Shown one piece after another: positions 14,655 through 28,299 of a stretch of 64,000 nucleotides of DNA. Position numbers and translations under genes: made by a program. Each line of letters starts with the position of its first letter. The first letter of the stretch is position 1. The notes below the pieces were generated by a model that was not told the origin of the DNA, did no database searches, and saw only the letters and a program-made list of their open reading frames with translations. The stretch covers positions 309,504,001-309,568,000 of the forward strand of contig OZ024741.1 of assembly GCA_964016885.1 (NCBI GenBank), written 5' to 3'. This DNA is from Eledone cirrhosa. Lineage: Eukaryota.

Positions 14655-14800
14655 AGGGGGGGGGGTCCTATACATACATTTACATATATACAAAGTATCC
14701 GAAACTATACTGGTACACAGAAAGACAGCCGATGTACTTGTCTCTTCAAATGTTTTCTGTTTCCTATTTTTCTCCAACATGGATACATACATACAGATAC

Positions 14801-14890
<90 letters not shown>

Positions 14891-14896
<6 letters not shown>

Positions 14897-15730
14897 GAAT
14901 AATCGAGTATCGAAAAATCGGCGCACGAGTTCACGATAAACAAAATTCGAAATGAGCGGCAGAGGGCTCAATAATTCAGATAAATCAGAGCTATAACTAT
15001 CGTTAAAATACCGACACACATAGAACATGTCTACAATCAACCATACGGCCGAAAAATTACGATCTGGAAGATTCGGGACACTCAGATAAAATATCAATAA
15101 ATCAATAAATCAAATGAATGTAAAAAGCATACCCGGACCCGCTAGAAAGATGGTAAATCTAGCTTCTTGGGTTTCTGTAAATCCTTAAACCGCCCTCTAT
15201 CAGCCCACATAAAAATATATAAGACTTCTAGAAAGCAGCGGACCGGAATTTACTTCCTCAACGAGCTTTTGTCCGAACGAATAAAAAGGCATAACCCAAG
15301 TTGAAAAAACGCACATGGAATTCAGCAAGGGAGATAACCTCTATATCCGCAAAAAATATTCGGGAAAATGTGGAAATACACATATCGAATAAGAGTGCTC
15401 AATAGACATGTTAAAATAAACAGGAGCTATTCATCATTTAATAGAATCGACAAAAAATGAAGAATAAAATTAACTGGTCAATAGCTAAGTCTAGAGCTAA
15501 ATATAGTAGAATAATCGAGTATCGAAAAATCGGCGCACGAGTTCACGATAAACAAAATTCGAAATGAGTGGCAGAGGGCTCAATAATTCAGATAAATCAG
15601 AGCTATAACTATCGTTAAAATACCGACACACATAGAACATGTCTAAAATCAACCATACGACCGAAAAATTACGATCTGGAAGATTCGGGACACTCAGATA
15701 AAATATCAATAAATCAATAAATCAAATGAA
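14891..15730. mobile_element. Terminally redundant non-coding unit (612-nt period, ~230-bp direct repeat)
   Basis: 14891-15120 is nearly identical to 15503-15732; (TA)n on both sides. Confidence 0.7.
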
Positions 15731-15740
15731 TGATATATAC

Positions 15741-15772
<32 letters not shown>

Positions 15773-15832
15773 ATATATATATTCATATGGACGTTTATAT
15801 ATATATATACATATATATCTATGTATATGGAT

Positions 15833-15923
<91 letters not shown>

Positions 15924-15987
15924 AATATACATATATATGTATATATATATATATATATGGATGTCTATATATACATATATATATATA

Positions 15988-16100
<113 letters not shown>

Positions 16101-16163
16101 ATGTCTATATATATATATATATATGGATGTGTGTATATATATATATGGATGTATATATATTTA

Positions 16164-16246
<83 letters not shown>

Positions 16247-16247
16247 A

Positions 16248-16284
<37 letters not shown>

Positions 16285-16801
16285 CCCATTAGAGCTTTGG
16301 CCCATTAATTCAGAGATTTTCTTTTTCTTGGTGTTCTTGTTGATATCGTTCTTCTCTGTTATTGTTTTTATTGTTGTTGAAATTGTAGTTGTTGTTGTTT
16401 TACCATGCTGCTTTATTGTCCATAGATATATTTTACTTTTTTACGTGGTCTTCTTTTTCTGTTATTTTTTATGTATTCCTTTTTTTAAGTTCTTTCTGTG
16501 AAGTTTTCACTAATCGAATTGTTTTATTTGTTTATTTGCATAATCTTATTCTCGTTCGATTCCAATTCCATTCCGTTCTATTATTCTGCTCTACTCTTAT
16601 TTATTTATTTAAAACAAACACCTCATGATTCTTGGCAAGAGGACAAGGTTATCGCGTGCTCCTGCGGTATAACGCCACATCACCCACACCCCTACCGACA
16701 CTCATCCGCCATCACTACCTGTACTACCACCATCACCACTCCCATCACCACCAATCGAACTATTGCGCGTGTTCTTGGGAGTATGCGTGTATATATCTGT
16801 T

Positions 16802-16839
<38 letters not shown>

Positions 16840-16911
16840 GCTGTTGTTGTTGTTGTTGTATGGTTGTCATGTGATGTTGTGGATGTATGGCGCTGTGGAG
16901 TGCTGTATTGG

Positions 16912-17158
16912 TGATTAGGTTGTGTAGTGATATAGCGGTGTGGGGATGTGGTGATGAGGTTGTGTAGTGATATAGCGGGGTGGTGATGTGGTGATGAGGT
17001 TGTGTAGTGATATAGCGAGGTGGTGATGTGGTGATGAGGTTGTGTAGTGATATAGCGGGGTGGTGATGTGGTGATGGGGTTGTGTAGTGATCTAGCGGGG
17101 TGGTGATGTGGTGATGAGGTTGTGTAGTGATATAGCGGTGTGGTGATGAGGTTGTGTG
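16912..17158. repeat. 40-bp minisatellite, ~6 copies
   Basis: tgtgtagtga recurs at 16921, 16961, 17001, 17041, 17081, 17121. Confidence 0.9.
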
Positions 17159-17525
17159 GTGTTGTAGCGATGTGGTGCGTTTGGTGGTGATGAGGCGTGT
17201 GTTTGTGGTGTGTTGATTTCTTGCCTTGATGGCATGACATGCACTCAGCGAATTAACTATTATTCCATCCTATACACTCACACAACCCAACTCTTTTACA
17301 ATAAAAAAAAAAACACTTTGTTCCTTTCATTATACATTGCACACACACGTATGTTTCTAGGAGCATTGAGGGCGCCTAAAATCTCCATGATGTCACGGTA
17401 ACGTGACATTTCCGGCTCTCTACGGACATACTGTGCGGAACATTATATATATTTATATATGTGTGTGTGTGTGTGTATAATGTGTATATATTATATATAT
17501 ATACACACACACATACATATGCATG

Positions 17526-17556
<31 letters not shown>

Positions 17557-17604
17557 ATAATGTGTATATATTATATATATATACACACACACACATACAT
17601 ATGC

Positions 17605-17652
<48 letters not shown>

Positions 17653-17744
17653 ATATATATAATGTGTGTGTGTGTATATATACATATGTGTATATATATA
17701 TATATATATGCATACACATATATATATATATATATATATACATA

Positions 17745-17785
<41 letters not shown>

Positions 17786-17822
17786 GAATATATATATATA
17801 TGAATATATATATATACACATA

Positions 17823-17905
<83 letters not shown>

Positions 17906-18225
17906 GTATATATATATATATATAGGAACGATCGACTTTCGTCAACTCGGACCGAGGAAATAATGTTTCCGTTGGTCTTTCCTATTGCTAATACCCTCTA
18001 TCGGTCGCAACTCCAGGTAGAAGGAGCAACGTGAAATAAAGTGTCTTGCTCAAGGACATAACGCATCGCCCGCTCCAGGCGAACTCACTACCTCAAGATT
18101 GTGAATCCAATTCACTTTATTTATATATATATAACTACCTAGCTGTGTGTGATTGCAAATTATCCTCTTTGATTGTTTCATGTGTTTATTTTAAATATAT
18201 ATATATATGTCAATCTATTTCTAGT

Positions 18226-18333
<108 letters not shown>

Positions 18334-18558
18334 AAATATACAGAGATATACGCATATGTGTATATATATATACATATATGTATATATATACATATACATA
18401 TGTATATATATACATATATATACATATATATATATACATATACATATGTATATATATATATATACATATATATATATACATATATATATATACATATACA
18501 TATGTATATATATATACATATATATATATATATACATATATATATACATATATAGACA

Positions 18559-18590
<32 letters not shown>

Positions 18591-18638
18591 CATATTTATA
18601 TATATATATATATACTTATATATACATGTACACATGTA

Positions 18639-18726
<88 letters not shown>

Positions 18727-18820
18727 TATACTGTATATATGTATATATATATATGTATATATATATGTATGTATATATATATAACATATATGTATGTGTG
18801 TGTGTGTGTTTATATATGCA

Positions 18821-18893
<73 letters not shown>

Positions 18894-19089
18894 CTCATCA
18901 CTATTATCACCATCAGCAAGGTCAGCAGCAACAGCGGGATATTTCGCTGTCTCTGATGAGTGGCAACGAAGAGATAAGACAAAGAGAGTCATCAGTTAGA
19001 TAGACAGACAGACATATGAAGAGAGAAAACGGGACATAAAAAGTGAGTAACAGATTTATTTTCTACCTCTCTCCAGTTCTTGCTCTCTC

Positions 19090-19188
<99 letters not shown>

Positions 19189-19203
19189 ACAGGCAGACAG
19201 TAT

Positions 19204-19245
<42 letters not shown>

Positions 19246-19246
19246 T

Positions 19247-19296
<50 letters not shown>

Positions 19297-19544
19297 TAGA
19301 TGAGTGGACTCATACACACATATACACATGCATATATGTGTTCGCATGTGAGTCTGAGCGTGCGTGCGTGTATGAGTCACAAATTGATACTCAATGCATG
19401 ATCTATATATATATATATAAATTTAAAGGGTATATACATATAAATTTGATAAAAGTCATAGATATAGATATATATATATGTGTTTGGCAACTATTCACGG
19501 TGTGGCTCAATGAAGAATTAATTAAATAATTAATAATCAGAGCA

Positions 19545-20012
19545 ATATATAAAAAAGTTAGTCCAAAGAATCATTAGATTAAATATATACAGTATTTCTT
19601 CTCCCAATCAGTATAAATCAACCACACAAAAAATCATTTAAACGAGGCTAAGTTTAAAATGTACTTATGAAGAAATAATAGACAAATGATATAGCCACTT
19701 ATCCGTGAGGTACAGCTACAAAATATTTACCTAATATTTCTATTAGCCTGTAGAAATTGACTAGACATATAGTTAACCATACATAATTAGGTACAAAATC
19801 GAAGTTAGAAGAAAAATGTACATAAACCTTACCAAAATTCTTCATATCTCTACCACCCGGAGGTTTCGTTCCCTTTTTGGATATATCCGGTCTTGGATAA
19901 ATCAACTTATAGCCTCGTTTAAATGATTTTTTGTGTGGTTGATTTATACTGATTGGGAGAAGAAATACTGTATATATTTTATCTAATGATTCTTTGGACT
20001 TACATTTTTATA
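19545..20012. mobile_element. Fold-back element (~105-bp inverted arms, ~260-bp spacer)
   Basis: 19545-19650 is the reverse complement of 19910-20012. Confidence 0.75.
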
Positions 20013-20043
20013 TATATATATATATATAGTTTTAATATAGAAG

Positions 20044-20094
20044 AGCTTCTACAAGACTAGAACTGTTTCGTTCGTGAGAAATCATCAGGAAGCT
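20044..20094 (-). ncRNA. Type I hammerhead ribozyme (same family as 1946)
   Basis: agcttc CTGATGA tttc-tcac-gaac GAAAC ag-ttctagtc-tt GTA gaagct. Confidence 0.8.
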
Positions 20095-20643
20095 GGCTGT
20101 CCAAGTAAATGGTAGTATTTATGTCTTTCCTTATCTGGTGGTAGGAGAGGGTGGGGATTGGGATGGGTGTAGGTCATTGGTTGAAGGATTTAAAGAAAGG
20201 GGATTCATTAAAAGCTAATTCTTTAAAGCTATAATATTAACAAAGACAGAAAGAATACTGTAAACAAGTTCAAAATTGGAATACCAATCCTTGTTTATCA
20301 CTTAAAGTAACAATGCCTGTAAGACAGGTGTCTACAGGATGGGCGGGGTTCAATGGTTTAAAGAAAAGGGAATTCTTTAGAAGCTAATTCTTTAAGGCTA
20401 AAATGAGGGTGACAAAGGCAGAAAGGGTTCCATCAACAGATTCAAGTGTTGGGGTGAACCCCCTATAATGAAGTTTCTCTTAATATATATTCCAGGTGTC
20501 GACAAACACATTCACACATGCGCCCACTTACACACGTACACACACTTACACGCACTCACAGACAGGCAGGCACACACACAACAAACATATATAATGGTAC
20601 ATACACACATACATACATACAAATACATACATACATACATACA

Positions 20644-20690
<47 letters not shown>

Positions 20691-21098
20691 GTGTACATAC
20701 ATACGCATACACATATATATATATATATACATATATATACATACACACACATATATATATATACACATACATATACAGATATATACACATACGTACACAC
20801 ATACACACATACACACACATATATACATATATATATATACATACATATACACATACATATACACACATATATACACATATACATATATACATATACACGC
20901 ACACACACGCTCTCATGCATACACACGCACACACACATATATACGTGTATATATATATATATATATATATATTCATAGGTACACCTATACACACATATAT
21001 ATACATACGTACACACACATATATATACACATATATACAAATAAATACGTATACATATATATACACACACATACACATATATATATGTATATATATAT

Positions 21099-21146
<48 letters not shown>

Positions 21147-21149
<3 letters not shown>

Positions 21150-21380
21150 ATTTTGAGATAGAGTGTCCGTGCTGTTTGCTCTGATCAGAGCAAACAGCAC
21201 GGACACTCTATCTCAAAATTATTTTTGAAAAGCATTTAGAAATGCGCAACCGGTAAAAACTTAAAAACTTAAAACCACAACTGAATACTAACCCATACAA
21301 TCACTAATACTCTTTTATTCCTAATTAAACCATTTTTCAACTGTGAACAATTTGTCAGCATTTTCTATTCCGTTTACCAA
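21147..21380. mobile_element. Short repeat starting with a perfect 76-bp palindrome (21147-21222); inverted homologue at about 44098-44285
   Basis: Palindrome centred on ctga|tcag at 21184/21185; flanked by (TA)n. Confidence 0.75.
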
Positions 21381-21382
21381 TA

Positions 21383-21425
<43 letters not shown>

Positions 21426-21566
21426 AGTTTATGTTGGTTGTATGCCAACACCTCAGTATGCAGGCTGGAGCACTCGACGAAGTACGCAGGTTGGTTTGGT
21501 TACTCCGGAGTAGTGTAAAATAAAGTTAAATAAAAGTCAAATGATTAAAATTTAGCTTCGTTTATT

Positions 21567-21621
21567 ACTGCTATATATATTTCAGTGACAGCCATCTTTG
21601 GCAGTGACCTCTTCAGGCAGT
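21567..21621 (-). ncRNA. Minimal type I hammerhead ribozyme in pLTR
   Basis: actgc CTGAAGA ggtcactgcca-aaga-tggctgtcact GAAA tatata TA gcagt. Confidence 0.8.
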
Positions 21622-22830
21622 TTGAATTAGTATGGTATAGACAAGTACATATGTTGTTGCGGTGTACAATATTGTCAATACTCTGATATGCCCAGTTCCT
21701 TGTTGGGTTGTTATTTCACTGAGGAACTGGAGTCATATGAATTCAAACAAACGAATTTCAGTGTCAAAGGTCCTCTTCTCCTCTCATTGGTCAGTTATTA
21801 GAACATTCCTCATTCTAAGTGTTGTTATTGTTGGAGTTAGCTTAAAAAATTGATAAAATGGTAGAAGGGACAAGGTGTTAAAGGAACAAAATAACAAAAA
21901 AAGTGTCAAACTTCCCATTGGTCAGTTCTGAGAGCATTCCTCAGTCAGAAGTCTATAGAATTCTTTCTGGGGTGAGGCTCCCTGTAGTGTTTTTGCTTGC
22001 TATTGTTCAGTACATTTGACCTCTACCATTATTTTGGTAGTGTTGTTGGTGTTGTGGTCAGATTATATCTTGCTGCTGCTGCTAACAATTTAGAAGTATC
22101 CAGTGTGTTTTTTCTTCATCCCTCCTGCCACCATCATAGTGGTGGGAGGGGGGGGGGGTTCTTCCATGTATATGAAGAAATATAAGGCAATAAATGAAGA
22201 AAACAGAAAATAAATAAATAATATAATAAAATAATTAATATAATTTGTATAATTTGAAAATAAATAAATAAATAGAGAATAAAGAATAAAGAATAAAGAA
22301 TAGATGAAAAATTGGTGAAAAAGTAATGAAAATGAATATGGAGAAGTGAGAAATAATGTAGGATAAAGTGTGTGTGTGCTATAACCAATCTCAAGGTCAG
22401 AATATGTTGGATAGATTGGTATGAGACAAGATGTTAGGATGAGATAATCAAACTAAATGTGTTTGTGTTATAATCAGTCTCAACTTAAAAATAAATATAA
22501 GGTGATACAGTGAAGAGGGCAGAAAACAAATAACAAATTAATAAAGAGAAATCAAGATTTAAAATTGGAACTTGAAAATCAGAAATCTAGTAAATCAAAA
22601 AGTGTTTGTGTTATATAGATGTTGGCCAAATTATAATGGCTGTGTCCGATTTTATCTCTAGGCTATCATGGTGTCTGCTCAGCCTGGGTTGTTCCCTATG
22701 GCTTGAGGGGAGTTCACAACCTAGGGTGTTGTTACTGCCCATATAGCTTGAGGGAGGTCTGACCGAGAGGTGGTTTCATGTTCTGTAGAAGTCCCTATAG
22801 CTTGAGGGGAGTTCACATCTTCTTGTGTTG

Positions 22831-24257
22831 CTACTGTCCATATATCTTGAGAAAGGTCCCGGCTCTAAGGTGTGTGCATGTCCCGAAGAAGTCGGTTCTG
22901 GGGTTTATCAGGCCGCTTCCACCTCTTAGTATCTCGAGGGTCTCGTTCAGGCATAGTTTGCATATGCAAGATCCCCCTTTATCGGGTGGTACTTTCCTGA
23001 TTATGTACCAGGCCAGAGAGTATGGGGTCCTGTCCAGCTTAAGCTTCCAGATCAGGTCGGAGAGAGCTGTGCTTTTCCTTTTGGCCTCCTTCTTGAATGA
23101 ATGGCGATGGTTGTACCAGCGGTCTTTAAAGCTCGTTGATGTGGCTCCTATGTAGAGGTGTTCAGAGTTGGGGGTTTTAACCCTACAACCGTACACTAGG
23201 TTCTTCTTGAGGCATTCATTACCAAGGGGGCATGATTCGGAGTTTCTGCAGTTGCAGAGGGTAGTCGGCCTCTGCGTGTCTAGATTAGGGCCGTTATGTG
23301 TTACATGTTGGTCTTCCCCCAGGCTCGGTGGGGGGTCCTCGGGTCTGTTTGGGTTTCTTGGGTGGGCTCTGGGTCCCCCTTCCCTCCTTTCACATGGTTC
23401 TGCTGAGTGTTTGTATTGCCATCTTCTGGTTGTGTGTGGATTTTAAGCCTACTTCTGTTGATGCTAGCTATGTGTTGGGCCAAATTTCTCGTGGTGGAAT
23501 ACAAAAGCTTCACAGTGTGTCTGTTGAAGATCCTGTGGTATCTGTGGTCCCTCGGGAAGCATTTGTCAAGTGCTCCAAAGAATAATCGGGCCAAGCTTTT
23601 CTTTAGGGCCGCTAAGTAGGGTGGGTTGTACCACGTGATTTTTCGGTGTCTCCTCCTATATGTGTGGGTCGGGGGCTTCGTGATTTGTTGGAGATGTGTT
23701 GGGTTGCTGGTGGTTTCCGCACTGTTGCTTCCCCTTTGGGCTCTATGCTTTTTGTTATCTTCGCGGCCCGAATTTGTGGGGTGGTCGTTGTCAGCCCCGG
23801 GAGATCCATCGTGGGGTGGTCGCCCGTCCCCCCCCCTACGTGTCCTGCGGTTGGGGTCGTCCGTTCTGGGGTGGTTAGCATCACGCCTGAGACTGCTACT
23901 CATATTGTGATCCATCTCGTGGTCAAGCGCACTAGTCCCCACCGCCCGTGTGGTGGTGTCGGGCACATGGTGCCTATTTGATTCTGCTGCCTGTATTGTT
24001 AGGGTTCGCCCTCCCTCCCCCACCCCACCCCAGGCAACGCGGTTGTGGGTGTCTGTTGGGCTATCCCGATCCCGGCTTTTCGGACTATATGTTATATTTT
24101 GGCCATGTGCCGCCTTCTTTAGAGCTGCGTTGTAATATTCCGCGTGGTTTTTGAATATTTCCTTACTTGCGGACAGGCTGGAGATCCTGTCCGAGACACT
24201 CTTCACCACTGCCTCGGTTATGGATCTAGGGTGGTTTGATTTGGCGTTAACATATAC
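22831..24257 (-). pseudogene. PLE RT thumb, linker and GIY-YIG endonuclease (frameshifted near 23300)
   Basis: YVNAKSNHPRSI..RISSLS..RKITWYNPPY..IFNRHTVKLLYS; LVYGCRV..LYIGATSTSFKDRWYNH..CKLCLNETLEI..CTH. Confidence 0.85.
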
Positions 24258-24447
24258 GAGGAATGTTCTAATAACTGACCAATGAGAGGAGAAGAGGACC
24301 TTTGACACTGAAATTCGTTTGTTTGAATTCATATGACTCCAGTTCCTCAGTGAAATAACAACCCAACAAGGAACTGGGCATATCAGAGTATTGACAATAT
24401 TGTACACCGCAACAACATATGTACTTGTCTATACCATACTAATTCAA

Positions 24448-24502
24448 ACTGCCTGAAGAGGTCACAGCCAAAGATGGCTGTCACTGAAATATATATAGCA
24501 GT
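24448..24502 (+). ncRNA. Minimal type I hammerhead ribozyme in pLTR
   Basis: actgc CTGAAGA ggtcacagcca-aaga-tggctgtcact GAAA tatata TA gcagt. Confidence 0.85.
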
Positions 24503-24704
24503 AATAAACGAAGCTAAATTTTAATCATTTGACTTTTATTTAACTTTATTTTACACTACTCCGGAGTAACCAAACCAACCTGCGCACTTCGTCGAGTGCT
24601 CCAGCCTGCATACTGAGGTGTTGGTATACAACTAACATAAACTCAAAATCTATCTAGCTCCCACACGGGTTGAGCGCTTCAAACAGTAGCGGACCTAAGT
24701 CACT

Positions 24705-25110
24705 ATGGATAAACTGGCAACCTTAGCGTCACTGAAGGACATCCCCCTACCTGATAAACGAGAATACACCAGGGATCTCATCAAGAGTACGGACTCCCTC
24801 ATCCGTAGGATGAGATGGAAGGCGTTCCACTTCGAAAGAGGAACGCAGAAAATTACCAACACACAAAACATGGAGTACCTTTTTCGATCAAGGAGGAATC
24901 CCCCCCCCCCCCCCCCACAACAGACTAATGGAGGAGTTTGAAAACGAGATGATTAACATCATATCCAACCTCAAATTCTCCGGAAACTCAACCAGAAGTC
25001 AGGAGTACCTCAGACACCTGAGAAACCGGATTACAGTACTTAAAGGGACAACTGGAATACTTGTACATGCTGACAAAACAAACAACCTCTACAACATGAA
25101 CACTGAACTG
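24705..25110 (+). pseudogene. N-terminal part of PLE ORF (frameshift in poly-C)
   Basis: SLKDIPLP..LIRRMRWKAFHF..FENEMINIISNLKF..LVHADKTNNLY, directly downstream of a pLTR. Confidence 0.75.
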
Positions 25111-25408
25111 TTTGGGAAGTTTGACACTTTTTTTGTTATTTTGTTCCTTTAACACCTTGTCCCTTCTACCATTTTATCAATTTTTTAAGCTAACTCCAAC
25201 AATAACAACACTTAGAATGAGGAATGTTCTAATAACTGACCAATGAGAGGAGAAGAGGACCTTTGACACTGAAATTCGTTTGTTTGAATTCATATGACTC
25301 CAGTTCCTCAGTGAAATAACAACCCAACAAGGAACTGGGCATATCAGAGTATTGACAATATTGTACACCGCAACAACATATGTACTTGTCTATACCATAC
25401 TAATTCAA

Positions 25409-25463
25409 ACTGCCTGAAGAGGTCACTGCCAAAGATGGCTGTCACTGAAATATATATAGCAGT
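25409..25463 (+). ncRNA. Minimal type I hammerhead ribozyme in pLTR
   Basis: Same motif as 24448. Confidence 0.8.
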
Positions 25464-25507
25464 AATAAACGAAGCTAAATTTTAATCATTTGACTTTTAT
25501 TTAACTT

Positions 25508-25574
<67 letters not shown>

Positions 25575-25775
25575 GGGATACTATTTATGGTTATGTTTAT
25601 ATTAAAACTTTTTATAGTTATGTATATTTTAAACCCTAAACAGTGAAGGTCAGTAATTTATTACTACCTTATTACCAGTAAGATAAATAGCTCAATGTAA
25701 TAACATCAGTTGCTCTACAGAGCAGTTATATAGAATTCACAAGAATCAAAGCTATGTTCAAAGCATTTATTCACT

Positions 25776-25814
25776 TACAATTGTTTCATCCAAACCTAGG
25801 CTTGGAATCTTCGG
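25776..25814 (-). ncRNA. Partial hammerhead motif (no stem I)
   Basis: CCGAAGA t-tccaagcc-ta-ggtttgga-t GAAAC aatt GTA. Confidence 0.45.
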
Positions 25815-25959
25815 ACCATTTTTCAATGTTTGTACACATAATTGACCACCTTTCCAACGCAAGAGACATGCAGATACATATATATATATATTGATGTACA
25901 GTGGAGTGGCATATATTATACTATACTATTTTTGTACACCAATTCAAATTCAAAATCAA

Positions 25960-26998
25960 AATCAAAATCAAAATTAAAATCAAAATCAAAATTAATATAC
26001 ATTCGGCAGATAACACAGATAATGCAAGAGGATAGTTTGATAGTCAGGTCTAGTAGGTAATGTATGCGTTAGTTACACGTGGAGCATGCAAGTGTGTCTC
26101 ATTTTTATACTATTATTGTGTGGCGGGGTGTTACACGTAATGCAAGCACTTTAAGCAGGTAAGCAAGATTATTATGGTGGTTGTAGTGGTATGGTATTTT
26201 TTGTATAGAACAAAAAAGTATGTGTACAGAAAAATAAAAATAAAAAGAAGAAGCAATTGTAGCACTATAAAATAAGGAGTAATCAACTTAATATAGATAC
26301 CTTTAGTACATCATGATAGAGTAGACTGTATTTAAAATTGGAAACTAGATATAAATGTATAACCGTCTATATAAGGGACTCAATTGAGGCGCCTTATAAT
26401 GTATGTTAGAACAATGAATTTAGTTATGAGATTCGACTAGTTACCTCCCCTTACGCATTAACTCCCCTTAATTACACACATACTTCCGGGTAATAAACCG
26501 CTGTAAATTCTCGCAGCAGAATCAACCTAATCTATAAACTTGGATTAAATAACACTGAGCCTCAATGCGCTAAAATAATTTATTTTAATGCATCAAACAT
26601 TCAATACGGAATCATCGTTACTTATGTGATGGCTGTAGAAACTATCCCTTACTTTTTCTGAATGTGAAAATGATGGTGGATACGAAAACCATAACTTTCT
26701 TTTGCTTCTTCTTTTTATTTTTATTTTTCTGCACACATACTTTTTTGTTCTATACAAAAAATACCTTACCACTACAACCACCATAATAATCTTGCTTACC
26801 CGCTTAAAGTGCTTGCATTACGTGTAACGCCCTGCCACACAATAATAGTATAAAAATGAGACACACTTGTATGCTCCACGTGTAACTAACGCATACACTA
26901 CCCACTAGACCTGACTATCAAACTATCCTCTTGCATTATCTGTGTTATCTGCCGAATGTATATTAATTTTGATTTTGATTTTAATTTTGATTTTGATT
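25960..26998. mobile_element. Fold-back element (~297-bp inverted arms, ~445-bp spacer)
   Basis: 25960-26256 is the reverse complement of 26702-26998. Confidence 0.8.
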
Positions 26999-27203
26999 AT
27001 ATATATATATACCACCACACTCCTAACTGACTAACCTCAGTGTCACGTGATTGATTCTTTAGAATCTGCCATTACACCAGAGGCAGTGAACTTTTTCAGT
27101 GCTATGGAATTTAGTCCTCGCTAGCTTATTACATCCACTGAATTATTATTTTTATACAAGTTCCTAGTGTCCGCGCATTGCCTGGGAACTTAGCTGAGAA
27201 TAG

Positions 27204-27285
27204 ACTCCCTGATGACGTCATGAATTCTCGATAGTTATATTGTGTAACTATATTTATACCATTACAGAAACTAATTAGTTGGAGT
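27204..27285 (+). ncRNA. Type I hammerhead ribozyme with long stem II
   Basis: actcc CTGATGA cgtcatg..cattaca GAAAC taatta GTT ggagt. Confidence 0.8.
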
Positions 27286-27741
27286 GAAAATTTTAGTAAG
27301 TAAGTTAATTTTTAATTTTTAAAATTTTCTTATTTTACGTCTTTCATATAATTGTTCTGCATCCCCCTGCATAGAACCTCCTAGGTACTTTGACATAACT
27401 TATATATTTGCTAGCATTAGTGTACATCTGTACGCATATGTTGGTAGATGTACTAATTCTCTATATTTATCTCCAAATTATTTGTTGAGCAAACTTGCCA
27501 AATCTACTGCTAATTCATAGTAGTAGTAGTAGTAGGCTCTTGTCATAATACCACCCTACTCCTAACTGACTCACCTCAGTGTCACGTGATTGATTCTTTA
27601 GAATCTGCCATTGACCAGAGGCAGTGAACTTTTTCAGTGCTATGGAATTTAGTCCTCGCTAGCTTATTACATCCACTGAATTATTATTTTTATATGAGTT
27701 CCTAGTGTCCGCGCATTGCCTGGGAACTTAGCTGAGAATAG

Positions 27742-27823
27742 ACTCCCTGATGACGTCATGAATTCTCGATAGTTATATTGTGTAACTATATTTATACCAT
27801 TACAGAAACTAATTAGTTGGAGT
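27742..27823 (+). ncRNA. Type I hammerhead ribozyme, second copy
   Basis: Identical to 27204-27285, 538 nt downstream. Confidence 0.8.
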
Positions 27824-27991
27824 GAAAATTTTAGTAAGTTAATTTTTAATTTTTAAAATTTTCTTATTTTACGTCTTTCATATAATTGTTCTGCATCCCC
27901 CTGCATAGAACCACCTAGGTACTTTGACATAACTTATATATTTGCTAGCATTAGTGTACATCTGTACGCATATGTTGGTAGATGTACTAAT

Positions 27992-28035
<44 letters not shown>

Positions 28036-28096
28036 AATCAAACACCATATCAATTGTGCTGCATCTCTGTTTTATGTTCTCTGTTCATATAATAAA

Positions 28097-28133
<37 letters not shown>

Positions 28134-28220
28134 CACACACATACATACATACATACACACACATATATATATATATATACATACACATACACACATATAT
28201 AGATATATAGATAGATAGAT

Positions 28221-28299
<79 letters not shown>

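Larger units (their letters stand above)
21424..25513 (-). mobile_element. Rearranged Penelope-like element with three pseudo-LTR copies
   Basis: pLTR at about 21424-21915 (-), 24258-24643 (+) and 25113-25513 (+); minus-strand ORF C-half and plus-strand ORF N-terminus. Confidence 0.9.
27011..27996 (+). mobile_element. Retrozyme-like head-to-tail repeat, 538-nt unit x ~1.8
   Basis: Near-identical direct copies, each with an HHR; no ORF; (TA)n flanks. Confidence 0.8.

Noticed and set aside
21662-25368. Repeated 63-aa ORF MYNIVNTLIC
   Set aside because: Antisense reading of three pLTR copies; no protein features.
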